From: Zygnema circumcarinatum SAG 698-1b
Taxonomy: Eukaryota > Plantae > Zygnematophyceae
Length of the DNA: 64,000 nucleotides
Direction: 5' to 3'
NCBI GenBank assembly: GCA_037447605.1
Contig: CM074812.1
Span: forward strand, 1,426,001-1,490,000
The notes under the pieces are model-generated. The model did no database searches, was not told the origin of the DNA, and worked only from the letters and a program-made list of their open reading frames with translations. The translations under genes and the position numbers were made by a program. Below, piece by piece: positions 36,467 to 49,600 of this stretch (position 1 is its first letter; each line of letters starts with the position of its first letter).

Positions 36467-37070
36467 TTAGGGTTGACTTAGGGTATAGGGAGAGATTAGG
36501 GCTGACTAGGGTACAGGGAGAGATTAGGGTTGACTAGGGTATAGGGAGATGTTAGGGTTGACTAGGGTACAGGGTTTTTAGGGTTTTAGGGTTTTAGGGT
36601 TTTAGGGTTTATAGGGTTTTTAAGGTTAATAGGGTTTTTAAGGTTTTTAGGGTTTTTGACTAGGGTACAGGGAGAGATCAGGGTTGACTAGGGTATAGGG
36701 AGAGATTAGGGTTGACTAGGGTACAGGGAGAGATTAGGGTTGACTAGGGTACAGGGAGAGATTAGGGTTGACTAGGGTACAGGGAGAGATCAGGGTTGAC
36801 TAGGGTATAGGGAGAGATTAGGGCTGACTTAGGGTAGAGAGAGAGCTAAGGGTTGATGTAGGGTTTGACTCAGGGTATAGGTATATATTAGGGTTGACTC
36901 AGGGTATAGGGAGAAATTAGGGTTGACTCAGGGTATAGGGAGAGATTAGGGTTGACTAAGGGTATAGGGAGAGATTAGGGTTGACTCAGGGTATAGGGAG
37001 AGATTAGGGTTGACTTAGGGTATAGGGAGAGATTAGGGTTGACTCAGGGTGTAGGGAGAGATTGGGGTTG
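36467..37070. repeat. 28-29 bp G-tract minisatellite (TAGGGTAYAGGGAGAGATTAGGGTTGAC) with an embedded TTTTAGGG block
   Basis: Tandem units are directly visible; telomere-like block at ~36571-36656. Confidence 0.9.
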
Positions 37071-37754
37071 AATTAAGTTATGCGTGAACATTAGGTTTGA
37101 ATTAGAGTATTGGTAGCAAGGCTTGGCTACCGAGTGAGAAAATTCAACACAGATGAACATTGAATATAACATTAACAAGAAAACTTAAAAAAAAAAAATG
37201 AAAAACTGAATAGTAAATTGAAAAGTATTGTCAATCAGAAGCGCTGTGGTACCAAAAATGCACACGACATTGAGTCAAGAAAACTTGTCAGGAAAACTTG
37301 TCAATCTGTTCAGATAGTGTGAACAGGCCAAGGACCAAAACTACCATATACAAAACGCAAACCAGCGTCACTTGATACCTTCTATAACCATAAAACCCTC
37401 AAAAGACAATAAAACTTGAAGCACTTACCAAATTAAAACACAGAATCCGATGAAATTTCTACACATTCAGAACGTCCTCTAACTAGAACTCTAACCCTAA
37501 TCCTAAACCCTAACCGTCCCTGAACCCTAACCCTAATTTTGCGTTCCAGCCCCCAAATCTTTCCTCTCTTTCCTTTCACCCTCTCAAACCCCTTCTGCGC
37601 TTCCACGATGACTTACCCTCCAGCAGGCGCGTCCTAGACGCGCTACGTGGCACGTCCTGAAACCCTACCAGCTGGCAGTCCGTACGCATGCAGCAGCAAC
37701 CACCCCCATACCCATCATTCCCATCCCCATCCCTACGATCTACATGGCCTTCGC

Positions 37755-37822
37755 ATGCCCATACCCATACCCATATCCAAGCCCATGCCCATACCCATGC
37801 CCATACCCATGCCCATACCCAT
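37755..37822. repeat. (CCCATA/CCCATG)n hexamer repeat
   Basis: Directly visible tandem hexamers upstream of the formin. Confidence 0.8.
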
Positions 37823-40612
37823 GGCGCATGCGCACGAAGAAGGTGGCAAGCTCATGGCCATGCTGGCCGTACATGCGTCCGTACAGGCGTCCGTACGCCT
37901 ATCTGGCGCCCTCTCCTGCCTCTTGCAACGACCCGGCGAGGGTGCCTCCTTGGCCTCCTCCAGGGCGGGGCTCCATGGTGGCACGCAGTTCATGGCAGTT
38001 ACTGCAGTTCAGTTTAGTTACGTCCAGTTAAGATCAGTAAAGATCAGTTTCAGGATCGACCAGTGGCAGATCGCCACGTCATCGTGTAGATTGTCGGTAT
38101 GGGCCCGCATTCGGCAGACGCCAACTTCCTTTTGTCGCTTTTGGCGCTGTCCGCGTCCAGGAATACTGTATTGTATCTCGGGATGACCGCCCGCCACGGT
38201 GGATGTACGGACATGTACGAACATACAAGTACTGTACTGTACAGTACAGGACAGTACTGTAAGCGTCCCGTCGAATTTAAATTGGGTAACTCTACTGCAC
38301 CCCCGCGTTTTAGCTTTCGCAACCCCCTTTTGAAAATTGAAAAACTACGCGACATGTAGCGCGTTGTTTTTGGGCAACAAAAAAATGTCAATTGACTTGC
38401 TGCCCAATATATATTTTTTTTTCCAAGATGGATGGATGGGATGGGATGGGATGGGATGGAGGAGAGGGAGGGAGGGAGGTGAGTTTCAGATAACGACTTG
38501 CCGTTCTTTCTTTTAGTATTTTTCTTGCAATTTTTTGGAGTTAATGTTTTACACTGGTGTGCACACTAGCACACTTGTGTGCAAACCGTGACATGAATTG
38601 GGCATAGTTCTCATGATGACAACGCCATCAAATTTGGACAGAATCGGTCAAAAATTATTGAGGCTCCTAATAACACATGCGGGAAATAAAATTAGGGACT
38701 CCGGTGTCGAACAATACAATGCTTTCTATAGGATTTTGGTATAGGAGAGGGAGAGTGGGGGGGGGGGAATGGACTATGTTGCGTAGGTCGTGTTCCCCAT
38801 GTTGTTGTTGTATCCGAGGTGCTGTTATTACGGGGAGGAGGGGGGAGGGGGGGGGCATAACGGCGGAACGGAACGGCGGAGAGGCCGCATGAAGCAAGGG
38901 CGTACCAACGATACGGCGGAGGTGCGGGGCGTGCGGCAGGTTCGGACAGCGGATCGGGTAGGCACGAAAACGCGCTGAGGGCATCTGCCGGGCGGTTCGG
39001 AAGGCGCGGCCGTACCTCTGCTACGTACGGTGCGAGGCTCGGGGTGCGGTCCGGAGGGGGCTGGCGAGCTGTATGTAGTTAAGTACTAGGGGGCTGTCAG
39101 GCTTAAAAATCGTCAGTATCTCTGTTTTTGTAAGCACTACCCCAGAACGAGTACTCTGATGAGAAAGCGATCCCCAGAGAAGCGGAGTACTTTCGTACCT
39201 TTCCTTTTCGTAAGATTTTGTTAAGTCTGACAGCCACTATTGTGTAATCTTGGCGCGTGCAGTTGGCCAATGGCGTGCGTGCGTTCGCGGGTCCGACAAA
39301 TTGCGAGAATGCGCCAATACGGTAGGGCACGGCTCTAAAATCGAACGGAAGACGCCGAACAACGCCGAACCGTCGGCGATGTGGCGATATATTCCCACTA
39401 TCGCAAACGACAAGATGGCCGACTAATCGCACGAGCCCAGTGTACAGGCGTCCGCCTTCCAGCAACGATTGGTGGTTGGCTGCTGATTGGTCTATTTTTT
39501 TATCGGTAGCTTCTGATTGGTGGGCGATTTGGTCGGTAACTCCTAATTGGCCAAAATCACGTGGTTCTCGCCGACGGCGTGTTAATAGACCGCCGCTGTG
39601 TCTCTATCGCCGATCTATGCGAACACGGATCTGCAGCACCGACAAATCGACAAACTCGAAATAACGACAAAAGGGCGTCCTTGAATTGGACACAAGGCAT
39701 GATGGACAGGCAAAAAACGACAAGGAAGAACTGGACTGGCTAAACTGGACAAGCCAGCAAGAGACAGAGGAGGACAAAAGCGGGCGGGACAAGAGTAGGG
39801 ATGGTCCTCCCCCAGGTACAGACAAAAAACGCCAAATATTCGTCACGTGGCGGTTAATCATTGGAGCATCTCCGCGCTTTCAGGACGACGGGCATCCCCG
39901 CGAGGCCGTTCGAATCCCACCGACCAAATCTGTACACACTTACGTTATTTTTACAGAACCAGATCTGTTCCACCGCGTGTCGGTGGGCATTTGACCCAAC
40001 TGTTGGTCCAATGTGCCAGCTGGTGACCGGTTGGACTATTAGGCCTGACGCAAAAGGAACAGCTGGCAGAACCGGTAGCGACAAATGAACCGTACAGAAA
40101 ATCCATCATTACGCACAGACGCTTTCGTCTTTTTACATTACGGACAAAACCGATTTTTGCAGAAATTTGATTTCGCGTTCAAAATTTGTAAACGACGGCG
40201 AGCATGGAACCGAACGAGAGGGGTTGTGCGGAATGAAGAGAGTGAGAGGGAGTGGGAGAGGGAGAAAGAGGGAGAGAGGGAGAGAGAGGAGGGGGAGGGA
40301 GAGGAGAGGTGGGAGTGGGAGAGGGAGGGAAAAAGAGGGGGGAGAGGGAGACAGAGAGCGTGGAGAAAGAGTGAGGAGGATACAGAGAGAGAGCGAGGAA
40401 GAGAGGGAGAGAGAGAGCGAGGAAGAGAGGGAGAGAGAGAGTTTGAGAGAGAGTGTGAGAGAGGGCTAGATTTCATAGGAGAGAGAGACAGACCAAGAAG
40501 GGCCCACCTTGACGTCCTCTCTCCCTCTCCCCCTCCTTTCCCCTCTCCCTCCCTCCGTACGGCTCCCTCCCTATCGCCTCCTCTTATGCTCTCCCCCTCC
40601 CCCCTCTCTCTC

Positions 40613-40654
<42 letters not shown>

Positions 40655-40676
40655 GCACGATTGACATCGTTGAACT

Positions 40677-43600
40677 ATGACGGTCGGGAAGGGTGTGGCT
40701 CGGACGCCACGTGGAGGGTCCACGTGGCAGGCCACGTGGCTGCTGGCGGTTGGCTGGGCCATCGCGCTCATCTACGGCGAAATGATCGTCTTTTGGATAT
40801 CGGCGGAGTCGTGCTCGTGGCCCACAGTGGCGCAGGTGGGGAGGGGAAGAGAGGGAGAGAGGGGAAGGAGTGAGAGGGAGGGAGAGATAGAGAGAGGGAG
40901 GGAGGAGGAAGAGAGAGGGAGAGAGAGAGGGAGAACAAGCAATGAGGAGAGAGAGGGGGAGGGAGTGTGATAGGAAGGGCAGAGCTTAAACCTACAATGA
41001 TTTCATACTGTATACGTCGAATGTGATCTACTCTATTGTATATCTTCTATACTTATCTTCCTCATAATTCTCCTTTGGATTAGTACTTCCAATGTGAACC
41101 AATCCCCTCTCGCTTCCTTGTACGTCAGCTCACACTTTTCGCCGTAGTTCAGTCTCTACAGTGGGGTGGACGCAAAGGATTGAGGTCCTCATTTGGGGCC
41201 AATTAGAGTATGGATTACTTAGAATGGAATTGAGTATTGTTCATACGAAGGGTTGCAATAGTATCGTTTCCCTTCAAACTATGTTACTTCTGTTTAGTTC
41301 AAGCAATCTACATCTCCATGATGTAAGAGCTGAAGGTGAGGTCCTAGACACGTGTCCTTGTGTGAGAGGCAGAAATGCGCCTGATGGAGTAGAGAGAGGA
41401 TGACGGAGGGAATGGCAGGCGAGAGAGAGACAAGAGGAGAAGGGAGATGGGAGTTGCAGAAGAGGGAGGGACAGAACAGTAGAGAGGAAGTTGCGTAGAG
41501 GAAGGGATAGGAGAAGGGAGGAGGATAGGGGAGAGGAGGAGGGAGTTGGAAAAGAGGCACGGCGAAGAGGAAGGAGGATGTCGAAGATTGGGAGGTGGAG
41601 AAGAGCGTGGGGAGAGAAAGAGGATGCAAGTGGGAGTGAAAGGAGTGGGAGAGGATGAGAGAGTTTGACAAACTGGATAGAGAGAAGAGAAAGGAGAAAG
41701 AGTGAGAGCAAGGGATGGGAAGAGAGAGAAAATGTTAGAGAGGGAGAGAGAGCGCTCAGAGGGAGGAGAATATCAAGGGAAAGGAGACGGAAGGAGAAAA
41801 GAAAGAGCGAGGAGAAGGGAAGGAGGAGGAAGACGAGTACAGGGAGAGAGAATGAAAAGCGTAGGAAGTTAGAGAAGAAGGGCGACAAAGATGATAATAA
41901 GCGCTCGGAGATTTACTTTGAGACTTTTATGGTGAAAATTGCGAGATGCCTTTTATTGGAAAGTATGAGGAAGGACAGGTTGAAGGTGTGAGCAGGAGGG
42001 GAGAAGGAGGAAGGCGGGATAGATTGGGACTGGATAGAGAGACAGGGAGAGAGAGGGAAGGAGAGTGAGAGAGGCAAAGAGGCAAGAGATCGTGCATAGA
42101 TAGTTAGAGAGAATGACGTACGGCTAGGGATATGAAGGGTGAGGGATGTCGTTGGTGCGGGGAGGGGAGAAGAAATGCGCGTGAGAAGGGGAGGAGAGGG
42201 GAAGATAGGAAAAGTGACGGAAAGAGAGAAGCATGAGAGGAGGAAGAGCAAAAGAAGAGAGGAAAGGGCGAAGGACTTCGAAGCTAGAGGGCGCAGAGGG
42301 AAGAGTAGCAGAGAATTAGAGGTAGGGAGATAGACAATAGAAACCTTAGACTAGTTCTCCTAGAATTGGCTCACTTTCCTTATCCCGCCTACACATTACA
42401 ACCGTTTTGTTGATATCGGTGTTCAGTAGTGACATGCAGCTCCCGGCCAACTGTTTACCCTAATTCTTTTGTTTGTCACGTGTCGTATCAGGAGCCGGGC
42501 CAAGCAGTAGCATCCACAGGAGGAGTCCACGTTGCACTCATCGCTGATCCTCAAGTACTAGTTCGAGAAACCCTAAAGTCGGAAAGGTTCCGAGCCAAAT
42601 GAACATTGCCGTGTAGAGTCTTCACTTATCTGGGCAGTCAGAATGAATGCTTGCGAATTCAGTCGAACTCAGTGGTTTCAAGCTCAAAATTCTAAATGGA
42701 AGTAGGGTTCTTAGGCTTTCGTCCGTCCCTTCCCTCCCCTTCTCCCTCCTCCCCCTGCAACCTCCCTCCTCCCCCCTTTTCTCTCCCACATCCTATCTTA
42801 CCCCCCTTTCCTCCCCCAACCCCCCACCCCCCTCCCCATTTCCCACTCCCCCATCCCCGACAACCCCCCCTGCTCCCCGCCCGCCTCCCCACAACCGCCT
42901 GCCCCCTGCCCCTCCCCCATACATTTTCCCCCTTTTACGATCCCCCAACCATTTCGCCCTTCACCCTCCCCATCAAACCCACCATGCTCCCCCTGCTCCC
43001 CCTGCACCCTGCCCCTTGCCCCCTGCCCCTCCTACTGCCACCCCCTCCTCCCTTTTCCCCACTTTTCCATCTCCCATCCTCACTCAACCCTCTTCCTTTC
43101 CACCCCCACCCCTCCCCCATCCCCATTCCCCATTCTCCCCTCCCATCTCCCTGTCAACCACCCCCTGCTCACCCTGCTCCCCCTATTCCCCCTACTCCCC
43201 CTGCCCCCTGAAACCCTGCCCCCCGCCCCGGGTCCGGGCCCCCTTCAACCCTTCCTCCCTCCCCCCCGTACCCCCACCCCCCCTCCCACCTCCCAGTCAA
43301 ACCCCCCTGCTCCCCCTGCTCCCCCTGCCGCCCTGCCCCACTGCCCTCCGTCCCCCGTCCGCCGTCCCCCTTCCCCCCTTCCCTCTTTCCCCTCTTCCCT
43401 CCTTCCTCTCTTCCCTCCTTCCCCCTTTCCCCCCTTCCGCCCTTCCCCCTTCCCCCACCTCCTCCCTACCCCCTTCCCCCCTTCCCCCTGCCACCTGCCC
43501 CCTGGTTTCCACATTCACCCCTTCCGCCCCTCCCCCTTCCACGATTCCCACCTTCTCCATCCCCCTCCCCCCTCACAATTCCCCATTCCCCTATTACCCC

Positions 43601-46600
43601 TCACCGTCGAACCCCCCAGCTCCTCCCCGCCCCCGCCCTATTTCCTGCCCCTGCCCCCCTCCCATCCTTCTCTGCTTGCCCGTCGCCATCCACCTCGCCC
43701 ACCCCTTCCCCCACTACCCCCCCCTCCCCTCAGCCTCTTCCCTNNNNNNNNNNCCTCCCTCCCTCTCACCCCTCCCCTCCCCACTCCCCCTCTCCGTCAA
43801 CCCCCCCTGCTCCCCTCCCCCCTCCCCCCTCCCCCCGCCTTCTCCTCTCCCATTCTGATGTCATTCCTTTGTTTGGTTGCAGATCATTGACAGAGATCGG
43901 GAGTCTCCGATCTCTCTCCGTGAAGGTTTCCGTCGCTTCCGTTCCGATCTGTACATGCGTCGCGCTTTCCAATACTGTGTGCTCAACCATGCTCCTGACT
44001 TTGTCTTTATACTCGGAGACCTCTTTGAAGGAGGGAGCAACTTCACGAACTACGAGTGCGTATGTCATGAATTCGTGTTAGAGATTAGGCTTTGAGGGTG
44101 TAGGGTTGCGTTCGGCTTTTGGTTTTTTTTTCACCATGAGCTCATCTAATGTTCAGGGGCTGTGAAGAGCATGTGGTAACGGCTCAGGGTTTAAGGGTTT
44201 AGGGTTTTTGCTTGTTTCTTTATGCAGGTGGTTCGACTCTGTGCGGAGGCACCGCTACATTTTCGACAACCGCGTGACTTTGTTGAACCCCTGGGAACGC
44301 CAAAACTTGAAGCGGAGCGCAAAGTCAATGACGGGCTGGCGGACGGCGGTGCACTTAGTCGCTGGAAATCGGGACGTGGGCTTTGCGGATCTGCAGCGAA
44401 CAAACCCTCAGGTGCACTCTCAAAGGGGTTTAGCGTTTGGGGTTTAGAGTTCAGAGTTTAGGGTTTAGGTTTAGGGTTTTTGAGTACTGTGATAACCTTA
44501 GGGTTTAAGGCTTCTCTCGAGATTTAGGGTTCTCGTCCACCTTTGTGAGATATTGTAACCTCCTTCAAATGGAGGTTCTTCAGTTGATTGATTATTTAAA
44601 TTGTTGAATTGGAAAACTTAATCAAGTTTGGTTTTGATGTTGGAGGGTTCAGGTTCTGAATCGGTTCGCAAGAGATTTAGGGTTCAAGGTCGCTCCGGAA
44701 GTGGACTCCGGCGAAGTGAACTTCGTGGTGGAGGCGGGCGCCTCGCGACTCGTCGTCCTCAACACGGCGGCTTTGGACGGTAAAGGAGGCCAAAAACCCT
44801 AAAAACCCTAAATGCCCTCGAAATTATAACTTTATCGAGGTGTTAACTATATAAGTTACTTTATCGATGGGTTTCACTTCTATGACGATTGACTTATCGA
44901 GACCCTTAAGTTTATCGAGCGAGTGGCCTTTCCCGCCGGTTCTATAACACTGTTGAACGGACTTTTTTTTTAATGTCGGTGAAATGTGAATATCGACACG
45001 TGGCAGACTCAGAATGGCCCGACTGCCGCGAGGTACAAGTACAGTGATACCGTACGGCATCGGTACACATGTACGAAATTTCAAAGAGGTGGCAAAGCCA
45101 TCATGCATGTGTCCAGTAAAAATTAGGCCAATCAGAGTGTTCGTCTGAAATGATGACACATGTCAAGCTTTGATTGGTTTTGCATTGTGGCACGAACACC
45201 GAGCCACGTGGCCCGAGCCCGAGCCCTGAACCCCGCCGGATGGTCTGAACGGAGATGTCACGTCTCGTCCGTGTGTCGGAAATAGTTGTGCCGGGAGATA
45301 GACCTCTCTCTCTCTCTCTCACTCGACTCTCTCTCTCTTTCTATTTCTCGCCCTCTCTCGTTTCTCACTCTCTCTCTTACTTATGTCTCTCCTTCCATCT
45401 ATCTCTCTCTCTCACTCCAATTCTCTGCCGCTTGTCTGCCCATTCACTCTTTTCTTTCTTGAGCAGGATCTCCAAATGACGTCAGCTCAAAAGCAGTTCG
45501 GGGGTTTGTATCGCGGATAGCCCAAGGTATGTCGTACTTTCGAGGAATCACCAATTTGTTATGTCTGCCACCTCCAATTTAATTTAATCTCCTGTATGCT
45601 GGTCACTTAAGTTAAGAAGGTGAAGGTTAAGGTTTTGTTAAGAAACTATCAGAAAGTAGAAACGCTTCGGCGAGATATACTCTATTCGGATGCTTGAGCT
45701 ATTTCCTCTCTCGCTCTCTCTCGCTCTCCCCCTCAATCTCTCTCTCTTCCTCAACTTCTCCCTCCTTCCCCTCCTCTCTCCCGCCAGTCTCCCTCTCTTT
45801 TCCACTCTCCAGTTCCTGGATATCGTAGCCTCCTTTGTCTCTCCCTTCTCCTTTGAAAAGTCGACGGTTTCCCTTCACATGTCTTGCATTCCGTTACCGT
45901 TTAACGGAGCTGCGCATGTGCACTGCAGAGGACGGCTATCCAATAGTGCTTTTGACACATCTTCCGTTGCACCAAACGGAGGACAGAAACTGTGTATCCG
46001 TTGAAGCCCTTCGATCAAATGAGGTACTCCCTCCCTCCCTCCCTCCCTCCTCTCTTCTCTTCTCTTCTCTCCTCTCTTCTTCCTCCTCTCTCTTCTCTCT
46101 TCTCTCTCCCCTCTCTCTTGAAAGGGTATTCTAAATACAGAGTGGCATCACAAGTTGCATTCACCCTCACGCGCACCCATCACAAGACACAGCGTGCCCC
46201 ACCCAGATTTTCCCATTTATATTCCCAACCCCACGCCCTTACAGACACGCCCCTCCGCTCAGCAGCTGAGGAAGAGAGAGAACCCTAAACGTCCCTCTGG
46301 CAGATGAGTGAGCGGGACCTGCCCACTGCAAATGGGCCGTACGACCGTACGACCGTACAATTGTACTCCAAACCAACCCAACCCAACATTCCCCCTCTCA
46401 GTGAGCATGGTACCGCTCACTCCAACCCTAACAGGCGACAACCCTCAGCAATGACAACACCGGTAGCAGCTTTGGTCAACATGTCTGCACCCTGCTCAAG
46501 TGTACGGACAAAGGAAAACCTAACTACTTTGCTCTCAGCAAGTTCCCGTACAAAGTGCCACTGGATGTGGATGTGTTTAGTGCGCTTATGGAACACAGGG

Positions 46601-49600
46601 TTCCTAATGAGTGCAAGACAGCCTTGATTATCAGAACGGATGTTAATTGCCCGCTGTTCCAGCCCAATCTCCTTAAAAAGACTCCGAAGCCACACAGCTT
46701 CCTTGGCTGCATGGCATGCAGCCATGTATTCGGCCTCTGTGCTACTAAGGGCTACTGTGGGCNNNNNNNNNNGCATCGGTACACATGTACGAAATTTCAA
46801 AGAGGTGGCAAAGCCATCATGCATGTGTCCAGTAAAAATTAGGCCAATCAGAGTGTTCGTCTGAAATGATGACACATGTCAAGCTTTGATTGGTTTTGCA
46901 TTGTGGCACGAACACCGAGCCACGTGGCCCGAGCCCGAGCCCTGAACCCCGCCGGATGGTCTGAACGGAGATGTCACGTCTCGTCCGTGTGTCGGAAATA
47001 GTTGTGCCGGGAGATAGACCTCTCTCTCTCTCTCTCACTCGACTCTCTCTCTCTTTCTATTTCTCGCCCTCTCTCGTTTCTCACTCTCTCTCTTACTTAT
47101 GTCTCTCCTTCCATCTATCTCTCTCTCTCACTCCAATTCTCTGCCGCTTGTCTGCCCATTCACTCTTTTCTTTCTTGAGCAGGATCTCCAAATGACGTCA
47201 GCTCAAAAGCAGTTCGGGGGTTTGTATCGCGGATAGCCCAAGGTATGTCGTACTTTCGAGGAATCACCAATTTGTTATGTCTGCCACCTCCAATTTAATT
47301 TAATCTCCTGTATGCTGGTCACTTAAGTTAAGAAGGTGAAGGTTAAGGTTTTGTTAAGAAACTATCAGAAAGTAGAAACGCTTCGGCGAGATATACTCTA
47401 TTCGGATGCTTGAGCTATTTCCTCTCTCGCTCTCTCTCGCTCTCCCCCTCAATCTCTCTCTTCCTCAACTTCTCCCTCCTTCCCCTCCTCTCTCCCGCCA
47501 GTCTCCCTCTCTTTTCCACTCTCCAGTTCCTGGATATCGTAGCCTCCTTTGTCTCTCCCTTCTCCTTTGAAAAGTCGACGGTTTCCCTTCACATGTCTTG
47601 CATTCCGTTACCGTTTAACGGAGCTGCGCATGTGCACTGCAGAGGACGGCTATCCAATAGTGCTTTTGACACATCTTCCGTTGCACCAAACGGAGGACAG
47701 AAACTGTGTATCCGTTGAAGCCCTTCGATCAAATGAGGTACTCCCTCCCTCCCTCCCTCCCTCCTCTCTTCTCTTCTCTTCTCTCCTCTCTTCTTCCTCC
47801 TCTCTCTTCTCTCTTCTCTCTCCCCTCTCTCTTGAAAGGGTATTCTAAATACAGAGTGGCATCACAAGTTGCATTCACCCTCACGCGCACCCATCACAAG
47901 ACACAGCGTGCCCCACCCAGATTTTCCCATTTATATTCCCAACCCCACGCCCTTACAGACACGCCCCTCCGCTCAGCAGCTGAGGAAGAGAGAGAACCCT
48001 AAACGTCCCTCTGGCAGATGAGTGAGCGGGACCTGCCCACTGCAAATGGGCCGTACGACCGTACGACCGTACAATTGTACTCCAAACCAACCCAACCCAA
48101 CATTCCCCCTCTCAGTGAGCATGGTACCGCTCACTCCAACCCTAACAGGCGACAACCCTCAGCAATGACAACACCGGTAGCAGCTTTGGTCAACATGTCT
48201 GCACCCTGCTCAAGTGTACGGACAAAGGAAAACCTAACTACTTTGCTCTCAGCAAGTTCCCGTACAAAGTGCCACTGGATGTGGATGTGTTTAGTGCGCT
48301 TATGGAACACAGGGTTCCTAATGAGTGCAAGACAGCCTTGATTATCAGAACGGATGTTAATTGCCCGCTGTTCCAGCCCAATCTCCTTAAAAAGACTCCG
48401 AAGCCACACAGCTTCCTTGGCTGCATGGCATGCAGCCATGTATTCGGCCTCTGTGCTACTAAGGGCTACGTGGGCTGAAGCAGAGTTCCGAAATCACTCC
48501 ACCCAGCATGGGGAAAGCGTACCCCTTTGGTTGATCTCCTGTGTCATAATCCCTCCCAATCCCGAGGAATGGCGATTACCGGTCAACCTCCCACAATACC
48601 CGGTAGGTTTATACACAATCCCTTTCTCCACAGTGCCTGCCACGTATCGCAAAATTCGTTTGACCGCCAACCAATGAGCTCTGCCAGGCTTTTGACAGAA
48701 CCTGCTTACAAGTCCCACTGCGGCTGCCAAGTCAGGTCTAGTCCCAACCATCAGATACATTAGGCTGCCCACTGCTTCCCTATAAGGTACATCCACGGTG
48801 CCCTCTGTCCCATCCATGTCCTTCGTTAGATGTACCCCTAACTCCAAGGGAGTACTTGCAGTCTTACACCCCACCATATCAAACCTCTCTAAAATCTCTC
48901 GAGCGTACTGAGCTTGACTGAGCTTCAGTTCTCCCTTGTGCCCCCTCTGAATCTGGATCCCTAAAATGTACTCAGCTGGCCCTAAATCGGTCATCTTGAA
49001 TTGAGTCTGTAAGAACCGTTTAACCTCATCAATGCAATCTAGCCGGTCCCCGACAAGTAGAAGATCGTCAACGTACACTCCGNNNNNNNNNNATGCTCCT
49101 CAAAGTTTCAAATTTTACTACCGGAGCATAGGTTTCTTGGTAGTCTATCCCTTCCTTTTGCATGAATCCACTTGCAGAACCCGGCGAGCGCTTTATGCTT
49201 GGCGATTTCTCCTCGGCCCTGTTTGATTTTTGAGAAACCCACTCCACGATAGCTTGCTTCCCTGCTTGGCCAGTCAGCCAAGTTCAAAAGTGCCATTAAT
49301 ACTTAGAGTTGAACTCTTTACGCCGCGGCTTACCATGCTTATGTCCATCAGGAGGGACTCAAAGCGGCCATGGTTGAGGTGCCTCGACCCATGCGAGCAC
49401 ATCAAGGTCCCTGCATGGAAGTCACTCAAGCCAACTCTTCTGTCTTGAGAGTTGCCCAACTCATCATAAGTAAGTTTAGCTGGTGCAATGCCCCTTGTGC
49501 TCCGTGCGGAGGACCTCTTGCTCTCCCCTTGTGGCTCAATAACTCCTGCAGGTGAGCCATGTGGTATGGCAACGGTAGCATTCCTAGCCCCTTGCGAAGC

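Noticed and set aside
42647-43858. 403-aa proline-rich ORF
   Set aside because: It is a C-rich intron between the ADPQ and IIDR exons of the metallophosphoesterase.
46119-46762. Third LTR / tandem Copia or solo LTR
   Set aside because: It is part of the gap-adjacent duplication that also repeats the host flank, so it is most likely the same locus assembled twice.
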